A DNA stretch of 24,410 bases, from assembly GCA_964490075.1 (NCBI GenBank), contig CAZBBK010000016.1, positions 62,001-86,410 of the forward strand. The letters are read 5' to 3'. The notes beneath the pieces are model-generated. The model had not been told where the DNA came from. It made no database searches and was given only the letters and a program-made list of their open reading frames with translations. The number at the start of each line of letters is the position of its first letter. Position 1 is the first letter of the stretch. Shown here one piece after another: positions 8,252 to 18,900 of the stretch. Source of the stretch: an uncultured Gemmatimonadota bacterium. Lineage in GTDB: Bacteria > GCA-2686955. The translations under genes and the position numbers were made by a program.

Positions 8252-9885
8252 CCCTTCCGCCACCCGAGCCGGGCCGGCTGCGGCGCGCGCTGCGCAGCAC
8301 CAACATCCGCATCGCCTGGCAGGCCTTCTTCCTCGCGGCCTTCCTGCTCGCCGCCTGGGCCACCTGGACCACCCGCCTCGCGGGCTATCCGGTATCGCGC
8401 CTGCTCGAGATGGATCCCCTGGTCGGTCTAGCGACCGCCCTATCGACCGGCCACCTCTACCGTCACCTCGGCTGGGGAATCCTGGTCCTCGCCCTCACGC
8501 TGATCTTCGGCCGGGCCTTCTGCAACTGGATCTGCCCCTTCGGAACCCTGCATCAGCTGGCCGGCTGGCTGTTCAATATTCTGTCGCGCAAGGAGCGCTG
8601 GCAATCGAATCGTTACCGATCGATCTACTCGTGGAAGTACCCGCTCTTGGTCGCGCTGCTGCTGCTCTCGGCTCTTGGTGCTTTGCAGATCGGCCTCCTG
8701 GATCCGCTTTCACTGCTCACGCGAAGTGTCGCCACCGCACTGGCGCCCGCCGCCGATCTCTTGCTCGATGGTCTGAGCACCGGACTGTGCGCGCTGGGGC
8801 TCGAAACGCCGCGCATCGAGGCCGCCAAGTTTGCTCCCGCCGCGGACCGGCGGGTGTTCTTCGGGGCGTTCTGGATCGGCGCCATTCTGCTCGTGCTGCT
8901 GGGAATGAACCTGGCGATTCCACGCTTTTTCTGTCGCGTTCTGTGTCCGCTCGGAGCGCTGCTCGGCTGGCTGTCGCGCTTCAGCCTGATGCGCATCAAC
9001 CGCGACGTGAGCCGCTGTACCGACTGCAACCTGTGCCTGAGCCGCTGCGAGGGAGCGGCCGATCCGCAGGGCGCCTTGCGGGCGAGCGAGTGTTTCGTGT
9101 GCATGAACTGCGTCGACGACTGCCCCGAGGATGCGCTCTCCTTCACCCTCTTCGGGCAGGATGCGGATCAGGTCCGGCCGTTGCCGGATGTCGGTCGCAG
9201 AAAGGTGGTGTTCGCGGGCCTGGCCGCGCTCTGCGCCGCCCCCTTTCTGAAGTCGCATGCCCCGCGCGGCGGGCGCGGCTCCGCGCCGAAACTGATCAGA
9301 CCTCCAGGCTCGGTGGACGAGCGCGACTTCCTGGCCAAGTGCATCAAGTGCGATCAGTGCATCAATGTCTGCCCGACAAATGTGTTGCAACCGGCCGGAT
9401 CGGCCGAATCGGGGATCGAGGGGATCTGGACGCCGCTGATGAACTTCAACATCGGCCACTGCCAGCTCAAGTGCAATCTGTGCAGCGAGGTCTGTCCGAC
9501 CGGAGCGATCCGCCGCATCAGCGTGGCCGAGAAGCTGGGACGGGGAGCCCACCGAGAGCAGGGGCCGATCCGCCTCGGCACCGCGTTCTACGATCTGGGG
9601 CGCTGCCTGCCCCACGCCATGGAGATCCCTTGCGTGGTCTGCGAAGAGGTCTGTCCGGTCGCCCCCAAGGCGATCCAGACCGACGACCAGGAGATCCGCA
9701 ATATCTTCGGCGAGATGGTGGTGCTGCAGAAGCCCTTCATCGTGCCCGAGCTCTGCATCGGCTGCGGCATCTGCCAGCGCGAATGCCCCGTGACCGACTC
9801 ACCCGCGGTCTACGTGACCGCGATCGGCGAAACCCGCGCCGCGCACCCCGGCCTGCTGGCCGGGCAACGCGCCGGCACATCCTGA
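8248..9885 (+). CDS. Membrane 4Fe-4S polyferredoxin, NapH/MauN-like plus NapG/MauM-like fusion
   Basis: GTGA start/stop overlap with the upstream gene; several TM helices. Motifs [84 protein letters not shown] and [12 protein letters not shown]. Confidence 0.93.
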   Translation: MTLPPPEPGRLRRALRSTNIRIAWQAFFLAAFLLAAWATWTTRLAGYPVSRLLEMDPLVGLATALSTGHLYRHLGWGILVLALTLIFGRAFCNWICPFGTLHQLAGWLFNILSRKERWQSNRYRSIYSWKYPLLVALLLLSALGALQIGLLDPLSLLTRSVATALAPAADLLLDGLSTGLCALGLETPRIEAAKFAPAADRRVFFGAFWIGAILLVLLGMNLAIPRFFCRVLCPLGALLGWLSRFSLMRINRDVSRCTDCNLCLSRCEGAADPQGALRASECFVCMNCVDDCPEDALSFTLFGQDADQVRPLPDVGRRKVVFAGLAALCAAPFLKSHAPRGGRGSAPKLIRPPGSVDERDFLAKCIKCDQCINVCPTNVLQPAGSAESGIEGIWTPLMNFNIGHCQLKCNLCSEVCPTGAIRRISVAEKLGRGAHREQGPIRLGTAFYDLGRCLPHAMEIPCVVCEEVCPVAPKAIQTDDQEIRNIFGEMVVLQKPFIVPELCIGCGICQRECPVTDSPAVYVTAIGETRAAHPGLLAGQRAGTS

Positions 9886-9902
9886 CGGAAGAACAAGTTA
9901 CG

Positions 9903-11105
9903 ATGTCATCTTCATCGAGACGCCATTTTCTGAAGTCGGCGGCTTGTGCGACCGCCGCCGTCGCCAGCGGCGCATCGGCCGCTCCGGAGCAAACCCTCGA
10001 AGCGAGCACTCCGCCCGCCGCACCCACCGTGCCACGACGCCCGCTGGGCCGCACCGGGGAGTCGGTGCCGATTCTCAACATGGGCGGCGCGCTGGAGTTC
10101 GATCCGGTCTACGACAAGCTGCTGCACCGGGCCCTCGCCGAGGGCATCGACTACTTCGACACCGCCCGGGTCTACGCCGGCGGCCGATCCCACCGCGGCA
10201 TCGCCAAGTTCCTGAAGCAGACCGCGATGCGCGACAAGATCTGGATCACCTCGAAGGAGATGCCGGAAAAGCCCTCGATCGAGGCCTACGGGAAGGGCCT
10301 CGAGCGCTGCCTGCGGGAGCTAGAGCTCGACCACCTCGACCTATTCCTGATGCACTCGGTCGACGATCCGGCCCTGCTCGCGCCCGAGTTCGTCGCCATG
10401 GGCGAGAGCATGAAGCGCGCCGCCAAGACCCGCTTCTTCGGCTTCTCGGCCCACGGCGAGCGGCTCGTGGAGCTGCTCGACACCGCGGCGCGAGTCGGCG
10501 GCTTCGATGTCATCATGTTCCGCTACAGCTTCGCCCAGTACGGCGACCTGGAGCTCAACCGCGCCATCGACGCCTGCGTCGCGGCAGGCATCGGACTGAT
10601 CGCCATGAAGGTCCAGCAGTCGATTCCCGATCAGCAGGAGAAGGTGACCGAGCTCTCATCGGAGCAGTTCACACTCGGCCAGGCCAAGCTCAAGGCGGTG
10701 TGGGCGGACCAGCGCATCAGCTCGATCTGCTCCCACATGGACAGCACCGCCGGGCTGGCCGAGAACGTCGCTGCGGCGCGTTCCCCGCTGCAGCTGTCGA
10801 TGCACGAGCTGCACCAGCTCAGACGTCTCGACCGCCAGACCCTGGGGCTGCACTGCCTGGGCTGCGCCGAGCGCTGCCAGTCGCAGGTCGCGGGACCGCT
10901 GCGCATCGCCGACATCTTGCGCTACCAGATGTACGCTGAATGCTACGGCCAGGAGGAGCGTGGCCGCGAGCTCTACGCCCGACTGAGCGCCGCTGAACGC
11001 GACACAGTTTCACTCGATCTGGCGGCCGCGGAAGCCGCCTGCCCGAGACATATCGAGATCGGGCAGCGGCTCGCGGCGGCGCAACGGAGACTGAGCCTCA
11101 GCTAG
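9903..11105 (+). CDS. Aldo/keto reductase with Tat-like signal and C-terminal Cys cluster
   Basis: Start MSSSSRRHFLK at 9903. Motifs PRRPLGRTG, FDTARVY, ITSK, DLFLMH, FFGFSAH and GIGLIAMK; C-terminal CLGCAERC...ACP. Confidence 0.92.
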   Translation: MSSSSRRHFLKSAACATAAVASGASAAPEQTLEASTPPAAPTVPRRPLGRTGESVPILNMGGALEFDPVYDKLLHRALAEGIDYFDTARVYAGGRSHRGIAKFLKQTAMRDKIWITSKEMPEKPSIEAYGKGLERCLRELELDHLDLFLMHSVDDPALLAPEFVAMGESMKRAAKTRFFGFSAHGERLVELLDTAARVGGFDVIMFRYSFAQYGDLELNRAIDACVAAGIGLIAMKVQQSIPDQQEKVTELSSEQFTLGQAKLKAVWADQRISSICSHMDSTAGLAENVAAARSPLQLSMHELHQLRRLDRQTLGLHCLGCAERCQSQVAGPLRIADILRYQMYAECYGQEERGRELYARLSAAERDTVSLDLAAAEAACPRHIEIGQRLAAAQRRLSLS

Positions 11106-12942
11106 TCGAGTCGGCGTCGATTTTGCGCCTGAGCTCGCGCAGCGCGCGCCGCGCCTCGACCACCACCGGCTCGGCGTCGTTGGCCCGCTCGACGATCTCT
11201 TTGACCAGGCGCAGCGCGGCAGGGTCGCGGATGGTGCCGAGGATGCGCACACAGCGGATGCGCACGATCTCGTCGGGCGATTCGAGCGTCTGCTCCAGAT
11301 CGGGGAGAATAGCGGGTCCGAAATTCTGCAGCGCGTAGGCGGCGTTCTCGCGCACGCTGAAACGATCGTCGCCGAGCCGCTCCAACAACATCGGAATCGA
11401 GCGGCGGTCGACGTAGCGCGCCAGCACGCTGATCGCCTCGGCGCGTACCGAGAAGCTGCCGTCCTCCTGGGCCGCCTGCATGCAGGCCTGGAAAATATCG
11501 TCGCGGTCGCTCCAGTGTTGCCCCAGAGTGTTGGCGGCCTGGGCCCGGACCGAGTAGCGACGATCTTCCCGCATCACCCGCAGCAACACCGGAATGATGC
11601 GCTCGGAAGGGAAGCGCCGCAGCGCCACCACGGCGGTATGTCGCACGTAGTAGGAGCTGTCCGACGCGAGCTTCAGAATGGCGTCGATGGCGGAAGGGTC
11701 GCCGAGCCGCTCCAACGCCTGAACCGCGCCGGCGCGAGCCCAGGAGCTGCAGCCGATCTTGCACAGCGAGTCTTCGATCTCGGAGTGCAGCTCGCCGTGA
11801 TCGACCTGTCCCAGCAGGCGCTTGAGCGTCGGCACCGCGCGGTGGTTGCCGATCTCGCCCAGGGCCCGGATCGAGCGCCTGCGGTGCAGCTTGTTGTCGT
11901 CGCTCTCCAGGTCGGCCAGGATGTCGTCGATCGGCACGTCGCGATGGCTCACCAGCTCCAGCAGCGGCTCCAGCACCGCCGCCGCATCGAAAGATGCCAG
12001 CGCCTCGACCGCGAAACGGCGGATCAAGGAGTAGCTGTTCGACAGAGGGGCGACCAGCGCCGGGATGGCACGCGGCGCACCGATCCGCCCCAGGCAGCGA
12101 ATCAGGTGGATCTGGTAGTATTTCTTTTCTGTGTGGGTGAGCGCCTCGAGCAGGATGTCGACCGCCGCGTCGCCGATCTCGACCAGCGCCTCGGTCACCT
12201 CCAGCGCCACCTCCTGGTGGTAGCTGTCGAGCGCCCCCACCAGCCCCTCGATCGCGCTCACGCTGCGGATCTTGGCCAGCGCCCGGGCGCTGGCGATCTG
12301 GTGAAAATGGCTGCCGTGGACCAGGTGCTCCAGTAGCACCGGTGTGAATCCGCCGTAGCCGATGTTGCCCAGCACCTCGATCAACCCGGTCTGAATCCTC
12401 GGGCTGCCCCCCTTCAGAGCGCGAAAAATCTGATCGTAGTCCAGGTTGCCGATCTTGCTGATGGTGGCGATGATCCGCTTGCGAACCTCCTTGTGCTCCA
12501 GGTCGAGCAGGCGGATCAGCATCTGCACGGTGTCTGAATCGAGCGCCCGGCTCAGCTCCGAGAGCTTGGTGCTGACCAGCTCGTCGGCGGCGATCCTCAC
12601 GCTCCAATCGGAATCGTCGAGACGCTCCGCCAGGGCCGGGATCACGTCGGTGCCCCCCAGCTCGGCGAGCGCGCGCACCGCCGCCTGGCGCATTACCGGC
12701 TCTCGAGAGAAGAGAATCTTCGGCACCGTCAGCTCGCGAATCGCGCGCCGATCGCCCAAGCGCCCCAGCGAGAACACCGCCGCCTGGCGCACGTCGAGCA
12801 CCGGATCGCTCAAGAGTCCGACCAGCAGCTGGTAGGCTTCGCTGGGACGCTCCCATCCCAGCGTCACCGCCGCCCGGCGGCGCCCCCGCCAGTCGACGGG
12901 ATCTTCGATCTTCTTCAAGATGTCGCTAGCGCCCGATCCCAT
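11098..12942 (-). CDS. HEAT/PBS-lyase repeat protein
   Basis: 614 aa of repeated units of the type L..D....VR..A..ALG.IG...AIP.L. GAGAGG RBS 6 bp behind the upstream gene's stop. Confidence 0.92.
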   Translation of the reverse strand: MGSGASDILKKIEDPVDWRGRRRAAVTLGWERPSEAYQLLVGLLSDPVLDVRQAAVFSLGRLGDRRAIRELTVPKILFSREPVMRQAAVRALAELGGTDVIPALAERLDDSDWSVRIAADELVSTKLSELSRALDSDTVQMLIRLLDLEHKEVRKRIIATISKIGNLDYDQIFRALKGGSPRIQTGLIEVLGNIGYGGFTPVLLEHLVHGSHFHQIASARALAKIRSVSAIEGLVGALDSYHQEVALEVTEALVEIGDAAVDILLEALTHTEKKYYQIHLIRCLGRIGAPRAIPALVAPLSNSYSLIRRFAVEALASFDAAAVLEPLLELVSHRDVPIDDILADLESDDNKLHRRRSIRALGEIGNHRAVPTLKRLLGQVDHGELHSEIEDSLCKIGCSSWARAGAVQALERLGDPSAIDAILKLASDSSYYVRHTAVVALRRFPSERIIPVLLRVMREDRRYSVRAQAANTLGQHWSDRDDIFQACMQAAQEDGSFSVRAEAISVLARYVDRRSIPMLLERLGDDRFSVRENAAYALQNFGPAILPDLEQTLESPDEIVRIRCVRILGTIRDPAALRLVKEIVERANDAEPVVVEARRALRELRRKIDADSTS

Positions 12943-12948
12943 GACCTC

Positions 12949-13443
12949 TCAAGTCCGTTCCACGAATCCGTCGCAGGCCTCGGCGCTGAAACGGGTCACC
13001 TCGTAGTCGCAGTCGATTCCAGCGATGCTCTTCACCGCGGCACGGAAGCAGCCGATTCGGGCGCAGGTCAGATCGCTCATGGAAAAGCCGCTCTCGACCA
13101 GGTCCATACAGGTTTTTCGATAGGGACATTCGAATACCGTGACCGCGGTCTTGTTGGGGCTCAGGGCTTCGATCTTGAAATCGGAGTGGCTCTTGAACAG
13201 CCCCGCCTCGACTCCCAGATCGACGTAGCTGCCGATGGCGGCGGCGATGCCGCTCTCGGGACGCGCCTCCAAGTCGTACTCGTTGGCCATCACCTTCATC
13301 CAGGTGTCGGTGGCGTGCTCGTAGGCCCGCGAGCAGAACATCTTCGGCCAGTTGCCGTGGAAGTCGCGCGCGGTCTCCTCCAGGGCGTCGAGCCAGATGC
13401 GCGAAAGGATCCATCCCACCTCTTCTTTCCTCGCTTCAGACAT
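12949..13443 (-). CDS. Small Cys-rich protein, possibly V4R/methanogen-output-domain-like
   Basis: Start MSEARKEE at 13443 follows AGGAAGGAGG and overlaps the ackA end by 8 bp; 164 aa. Motif VTVFECPYRKTC...LTCARIGC...CDYEV...CDGFV. The fold assignment is an inference. Confidence 0.8.
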   Translation of the reverse strand: MSEARKEEVGWILSRIWLDALEETARDFHGNWPKMFCSRAYEHATDTWMKVMANEYDLEARPESGIAAAIGSYVDLGVEAGLFKSHSDFKIEALSPNKTAVTVFECPYRKTCMDLVESGFSMSDLTCARIGCFRAAVKSIAGIDCDYEVTRFSAEACDGFVERT

Positions 13444-14872
13444 GGGAGTCGACCTCCTTCCTCGTGACCTCGTCGTCCAAGAGCCCGATCTCGGCCAGGA
13501 ACGCGGTGATGGCGGCGGCGGAGAAATCACTCTGGAAGCGGTTGTTGAACTTGCGCGTCACCTCTTCGATCGAGTCGCCCGGATGGCTGGCCCAGAGCAG
13601 GATCAGCTGCGCTTTTTGATTCGAAGTTATGGTCGCGATCTGCCCCCGAATATCTGCGTCGCCCGCGGGATCGGCGCCGCGTGAGCGACGCGCCTGCAAA
13701 ATGCGCGCGGTGTCCTGGCCGATCGCCAGCTCTTCGTTGGTGGCAACGATCAGCACCGCCGGATCGCCCTGGGTGATGCGCGCCGCGCCCCTCTCGTTGG
13801 CCTCGGCATCGATCTCGATTCCGCAGTAGCCCAGACCTTCGGTGACCCGGGCGCGGATCTTCGCGGAGTTCTCGCCGATGCCGCCGGTGAAGACTACTGC
13901 GTCGGCTCCCCCGAGCGCCGCCAGGTAGGCGCCGAGGTACTTCTTGATGCGATAGGTGTAGACCGTGAGCGCCAGCTCATGAGCCTTGCTGCCGCGCTCG
14001 GCCTCCTCGATGATCTCGCGCACGTCGTTGGTGGTCTCGGTCAGGCCGAGCAGGCCCGACTGTTTGTTCATCAGGGCATCGATCTCGCGCGAGCTGAGCT
14101 CCTCGGCCTGCATCAGGTAGGGCACCACGGCGGGATCGATATCGCCGCATCGGGTGCCCATGATCAGGCCCTCGAGCGGCGTGAATCCCATCGAGGTGTC
14201 GATCGAGATGCCGCGATCGATGGCCGCCAGGCTGGCGCCGTTGCCCAGGTGGCAGGTGATCAGCTTCAGCTCGCCGAGCGGGCGGCCGAGCAGCTCCGCG
14301 GCCTTGCCGGCCACGTAGCGGTGCGAAGTGCCGTGGAAGCCATAGCGGCGAATGCCGCGCAGCCGGTAGAGAGCGATCGGCAGCCCATAGAGGTAGGCGG
14401 CGGGCGGCATCTGGTTGTGGAAGGCGGTGTCGAAGACCGCCACCTGGGGGGTATCGGGCATCAGCTCTCGGCAGACCTCGATGCCCTGCAGGTTGGGCGG
14501 ATTGTGCAGCGGGGCGAACTGGGCGCAATGGGCGATCGCCTCGCAGACGTGGTCGTCGATCAGCACCGACTCCGAGAACTCCTCGCCGCCGTGCACCACC
14601 CGATGGCCCACGCCCTCGAGCTCCCCCGGGCTCGCCACCACCTTCAGGGCCGGCTTGGTGATGGTCTGCATGATCAGGCGCAGCGCGGCGCCGTGGTCCA
14701 GCACCTCGCGCACGTCGTTGATCTTGTGCCCGTCGGCCGGCGAGAAGGAGAGCACCGCGCGGGTCGATCCGATCCGCTCCACGATGCCCTTGAGCAACAG
14801 CGACTCTTGGGCCATGTCCAGGACCTGGAACTTGACCGAGGAGCTGCCGGAGTTCATAACCAGGATCTTCAT
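13436..14872 (-). CDS. ackA: Acetate kinase with ~80-aa C-terminal extension
   Basis: Motifs ILVMNSGSSSVKF, GHRVVHGG, APLHN, FDTAFH, RRYGFHGTSH, HLGNGAS, DTSMGFTPLEG, GTRCGDID, FTGGIGENS and TNEE. 478 aa versus about 400 typical. Confidence 0.97.
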   Translation of the reverse strand: MKILVMNSGSSSVKFQVLDMAQESLLLKGIVERIGSTRAVLSFSPADGHKINDVREVLDHGAALRLIMQTITKPALKVVASPGELEGVGHRVVHGGEEFSESVLIDDHVCEAIAHCAQFAPLHNPPNLQGIEVCRELMPDTPQVAVFDTAFHNQMPPAAYLYGLPIALYRLRGIRRYGFHGTSHRYVAGKAAELLGRPLGELKLITCHLGNGASLAAIDRGISIDTSMGFTPLEGLIMGTRCGDIDPAVVPYLMQAEELSSREIDALMNKQSGLLGLTETTNDVREIIEEAERGSKAHELALTVYTYRIKKYLGAYLAALGGADAVVFTGGIGENSAKIRARVTEGLGYCGIEIDAEANERGAARITQGDPAVLIVATNEELAIGQDTARILQARRSRGADPAGDADIRGQIATITSNQKAQLILLWASHPGDSIEEVTRKFNNRFQSDFSAAAITAFLAEIGLLDDEVTRKEVDSHV

Positions 14873-15154
14873 CTTCGCATCCGTCGTTGGCGCCGCCGGA
14901 AGGGCTAGGTTTGGGTGCGCAAGCTAACCACGTATCGGCCCGATCGGGCGAGCGCTTTCTGGCGTGGCAAGCAGCCCTCGCGGGCCCGGCATGCTGGCAA
15001 TCCGCTCGCTCGATCATGAGCGATAATAGGCGATCGCGGAGAAGGCGAGCAGGGGAGGCTCCAGGTCTCTAGCCAACCGCGGGACACGAAGAGCGCGCTG
15101 GCCATGATCCAGTCGATCGCGTATTATTCAGCTGTCCATTCAACTGGGGGTTCC

Positions 15155-15931
15155 ATGAGAAAACGAGGTCGAGGGCGCCCATCGCTGCCGCCAAGGACCA
15201 AGGCGGGCAAAGCGCTGCGAGCCGCCCGAGAGGCCCGCGCCTGGACCCAGGCCGAGCTGGCGGCGATGATCGGTTGCTCCGCAGCGTCGCTGGCGGGCTG
15301 GGAATCCGGACGCCGGGCGCGAGTCGATTCCGCCTACGCCCTGAAGCTGGTCCGGGTCATGCCCGAGCTGAACTACGTCGACCTGGTGACACGCCCCGAG
15401 GGTCCGGCCCCCAAGCCGCCTGAGGGGGAGCTCGCGCGTGGGGAAGGGGCGCGGGACCGCGGAGACGGTCCCCGGCAGCTCCCGCCGAAGCTAGCGGTGG
15501 CGAAGGCGGTGAGAGCCTTCGACGACGAGCGGGGGCGCGGCTACGCGCGGCAGCGGATCGCGGAGCTGCTGCACGAGGCCGCGGAGTGGGCCGACCCGGG
15601 CGCCAAACGGGTGCTCCGCTCGACGGGCCAGGCCGAGAGCAGGGGGACCGGCGAGCCCCGTCGCTTCGCGCTCGGCCCCGAGGCGGAGCGGATCCTCGGA
15701 TTGCTCGGCAAGGGCAAGCTGGATGACGCGCGCGAGAAGCTGGAGCAAGGGCTCGACGAGCTCTACGAGTGGAGGATCCCGCTCTATCGTTGGATGCTCG
15801 CCCATGTGCTGCTGGCACAGGGCGATTCGCAAAGCGCCTCGAAGGAGCTGCGGCGCATCGGCGGGGAGTTCGAAGGCAGCGTGCGGGAGTTGATCGCCGA
15901 GGCGCGGCGCAGAGCGTCAGAGCTGGACTGA
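15155..15931 (+). CDS. XRE-family helix-turn-helix protein with N-terminal AT-hook-like motif and C-terminal TPR-like helices
   Basis: ATG 15155 follows GGGGG (the track's start at 15104 is possible). KRGRGRP; LRAAREARAWTQAELAAMIGCSAASLAGWESG; C-terminal LAHVLLAQGDSQSASKEL. A possible -10 element TATTAT lies at 15122-15127. Confidence 0.85.
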   Translation: MRKRGRGRPSLPPRTKAGKALRAAREARAWTQAELAAMIGCSAASLAGWESGRRARVDSAYALKLVRVMPELNYVDLVTRPEGPAPKPPEGELARGEGARDRGDGPRQLPPKLAVAKAVRAFDDERGRGYARQRIAELLHEAAEWADPGAKRVLRSTGQAESRGTGEPRRFALGPEAERILGLLGKGKLDDAREKLEQGLDELYEWRIPLYRWMLAHVLLAQGDSQSASKELRRIGGEFEGSVRELIAEARRRASELD

Positions 15932-15945
15932 TCCGATAGGGTCCG

Positions 15946-18900
15946 CTACCTCCCTCGCGCGCCGATGCCGTGCAGTCGGAACGAGGCCCAGTGGAAGGGA
16001 TGGATCGGATCCAATCCCGCCCCTGAACCCGAGTCGGCGCGGGCGGTGTCGAGCAGCGCCCGTCTTGCTCGCCCCAACGCCTCCATCGCTCCGACGCCAG
16101 CGCTCGCGAGGGTGCGGTAGAAAGCATCCAGGAGCTGATGGGTCGAAGCGTCATCCACCATCCAGGGAGATGCCAGCACGGCGCCCGCACCGGCCTGCAT
16201 GAACGAGCGAGTAAGGCCTAGAAGCCCCGCGCCGGTGGACAAGGGACCGCCACCCGCCTGACACGCCGCGAGCACGACCAGGGGCGCATTGCGGAGCCGG
16301 ATATCGGCGATCTCGTACCCCTGAAGCAAGGAGCCCTCGGCGCCGGACTCGCCCGGGGCCAGCACCAGGCCGGAGTGGAGCGGCGAACGATCGTCGAGAT
16401 GACCGTGGCAGCCGAGATGGATGATGTCGGCATCGGGGGCAGCTTGCCGGTAGGCGGACTCGCGAGCTTCTGAGCCGACGAAGATCCGCGCGTTGTCGAA
16501 GAGCGCTTCGAGGAGCTCCACCTCGGCGCGGGTGCCGGGCAGACCGCTTGATCCTCGTCCGCCCTCTCGTGTCGCTCCGGCGACTCCTCCGCCGGCGGGA
16601 TCGCCCCAGGCCACCAGCGAGCTTTGGTTCGAGATCGCCCGAGGCGCTGGATCTGGCGCGGAGGCGTCGCACCTTAGCTCGGGATCGAGCAGGCTGGCCG
16701 AGGGGCCGTAGGCCAGATCGAAGTCCTCCGCCAAGTAGTGCAGATCGTGCAGCGACGCAGCGGGCCCTTCACGGGTGCCGGCGTCGAGCGCCAGCATCTC
16801 GAAGGGCAGTCGGTGCAGCATCCCCCAGGGGACGATCAGCAGTCGCCGCACACCTCCCAGCCGCGGCAGGGCAGGATCGATGAGCGCCCGGCCGAGCTCG
16901 CGAAGCACCGCGGGATCGAGCGCCATCAGAGCCAAGTCCGCGCCGGTCTCGGCGAAACGCTCGAAGGGCCTCAGGGCTCGCTCGATCCAGTCCTCGATGC
17001 GGCTCATGGGAAGGGGCAGATCGACCAGGTGAGCCTCATCGGATCGAACGATCCACAGCAACAGTCGCTCACCTGCCGCGAAGTAGCTCAAGATCGCGGT
17101 GTCGGAGCTCGCAACGACCTTCCGTCGCGCGTCGGCGAGGGAAAGCGGTGGAGTCAATCCCTCTTCCGCCGCGCTCACCGGATACCGAGCTTCGATGTCG
17201 TGCAGAACCCGCTGGTGCTCCAGGCGCGCACCCGTGATCTTCTCACCGAGGTAGCGACATAAGTTGCCACGCGGCTCGGGCGCCGCGCGTTCCTCGATGA
17301 GCCGTTTCTGCAAGGCCCGCAGCCTTGCTTCGACTCGCCTGCGACGAGTGCCCAGGGGACCGGATCTGTCCACCGCGGGGTCGTCGCGGCGGTGGATCGA
17401 TTCCATCAGCGAACGGGCTCGGGCCCACTCGGCCACGCGAAATGCCGCCGCGATCTCCTCGTGATCGGGGGCTTGCTCGGAAAGCAGCAGGGCAACCTGT
17501 TCCTCGAGAATCGGCAGCGCATCATCGAGCACCGAGTCCATGGCCGGACCGCTTTCGCGCAGCAACGACTCGAGCATTGCGGCGGCCTCGTTGTAGCTCG
17601 CGAGGGCCTCTTCCCGTGCGCCGATCGCCGCCGCGATCGCTCCGCGCGCGTGCAGTGCCTGCATGGCCAATGCCCCCTTCTCGGGGAGCTCCGCGCAGGC
17701 CCGTTGGATGAGCTCCCACGCCACCGTGAAATCCCCCTGCGCGAAGGCACTGCGCGCGGCTCCGGTGAAGCTCGCCATCGCACCCCGGCGATCGCCGAGC
17801 TCCTCCCCCGCGTGCGCGCAGCGCTCGAAGAGGTCTCGGGCCTCCCGTGTCCTTCCGGCCTCTTCCAAGGTGAAGGCCAGGCGATAGCGGGCGTCGATGA
17901 GCCAGCGATCCGCCCCAAGGCTCTCGAATGTCTCGATCGCCTCGTTCGCCAACTCGATCGATCGGCTCCAGTTCTCCCGCCGGCACTCTTCGGCGGCAAG
18001 CTCCACGTGTCCCAAGGCCGACGAGAGCCGATCCCCCAGCGCATCGTGGCGGTCGATGACTTCGTGCCAGATCTCCGCGGCCCGACGATAGTCCCCGGTT
18101 CGCCGGTTGAGGATAGCCAGATGACCGAGCGTGATCGCCTCACCGCGCCGATCCCCCACATGGCGACAAGCCTCGATCGCCTCTTCGAGAGTGCCGCGGG
18201 CCTCTCGATACTCACCAATAGCGATGAGCCCCAAGCCGAGGTTCGACAGAGTTGTCGCCTCGTAGACCTTCATGTTCTCGCGACGTTGAACAACGAGCAC
18301 CGATCGGTGACCTCGGACGGCATCGAATGGGTCGCCGCCGTAGGAGGCCAGTGCCGCCAGGCTACTGAGCGCCAAGGTGGCGTTGCCCTGATCCCCCACC
18401 GCCCGCAAGAGCCGCAATGCCTCCAGCAGAATCGTACGGGTGCGCCGCGGCTCGCCGAGGTGAACCTGCTGCGCACCAAGAAGCAGCAGACCAGCGGCGA
18501 CGCCGTTGCGGTGGCGCGCCCGTAGCGCCAGTCGCACTGCCGCTGCACCACAGGCCGCGCCGCGAGACAGCTTTCCGGAGCAGAAGGCGAGCTTCCCGAT
18601 CACAACGAGTGCCTGTTCCCGCCACCAGGGCCGGGTCGCCGGGCAGTCCACGACCAGTGCCCTCGCGCGATCGACCTCTCCCGACTCGCGCAGCATGTCG
18701 GCGACAGCCAAGAGGGCGTCGCAATGGACCGCCCCACCGGCGTCCGAGCCGACGCGCAGAATCCGTTGCTGCGCATCCGGGTCGGGGCACGGTCCCAGGA
18801 CTCTCCATGAGCGAAACAGAGACACCGCGACGCCGGCCGATTCCGCGCCGAGCTCCGCCGCCTCTCCGCGAACGAAACGCGCCACTTCCGCGCCTATATG

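Noticed and set aside
8076..9902. N-terminal ~609 aa of the 1009-aa track ORF
   Set aside because: It is an Arg/Pro-rich off-frame reading of the Fe-S gene; the reductase begins at 9903 with a Tat-like signal.
13436..13690. Transposase fragment (IS630-like) fused to ackA
   Set aside because: No DDE domain or inverted repeats. The segment has normal codon usage and carries the RBS coupling it to the next gene.
14873..15154. Sigma54 promoter or small ORFs between ackA and the XRE gene
   Set aside because: No correctly spaced TGGCAC-N5-TTGC was found; the short ORFs lack an RBS and recognisable motifs.
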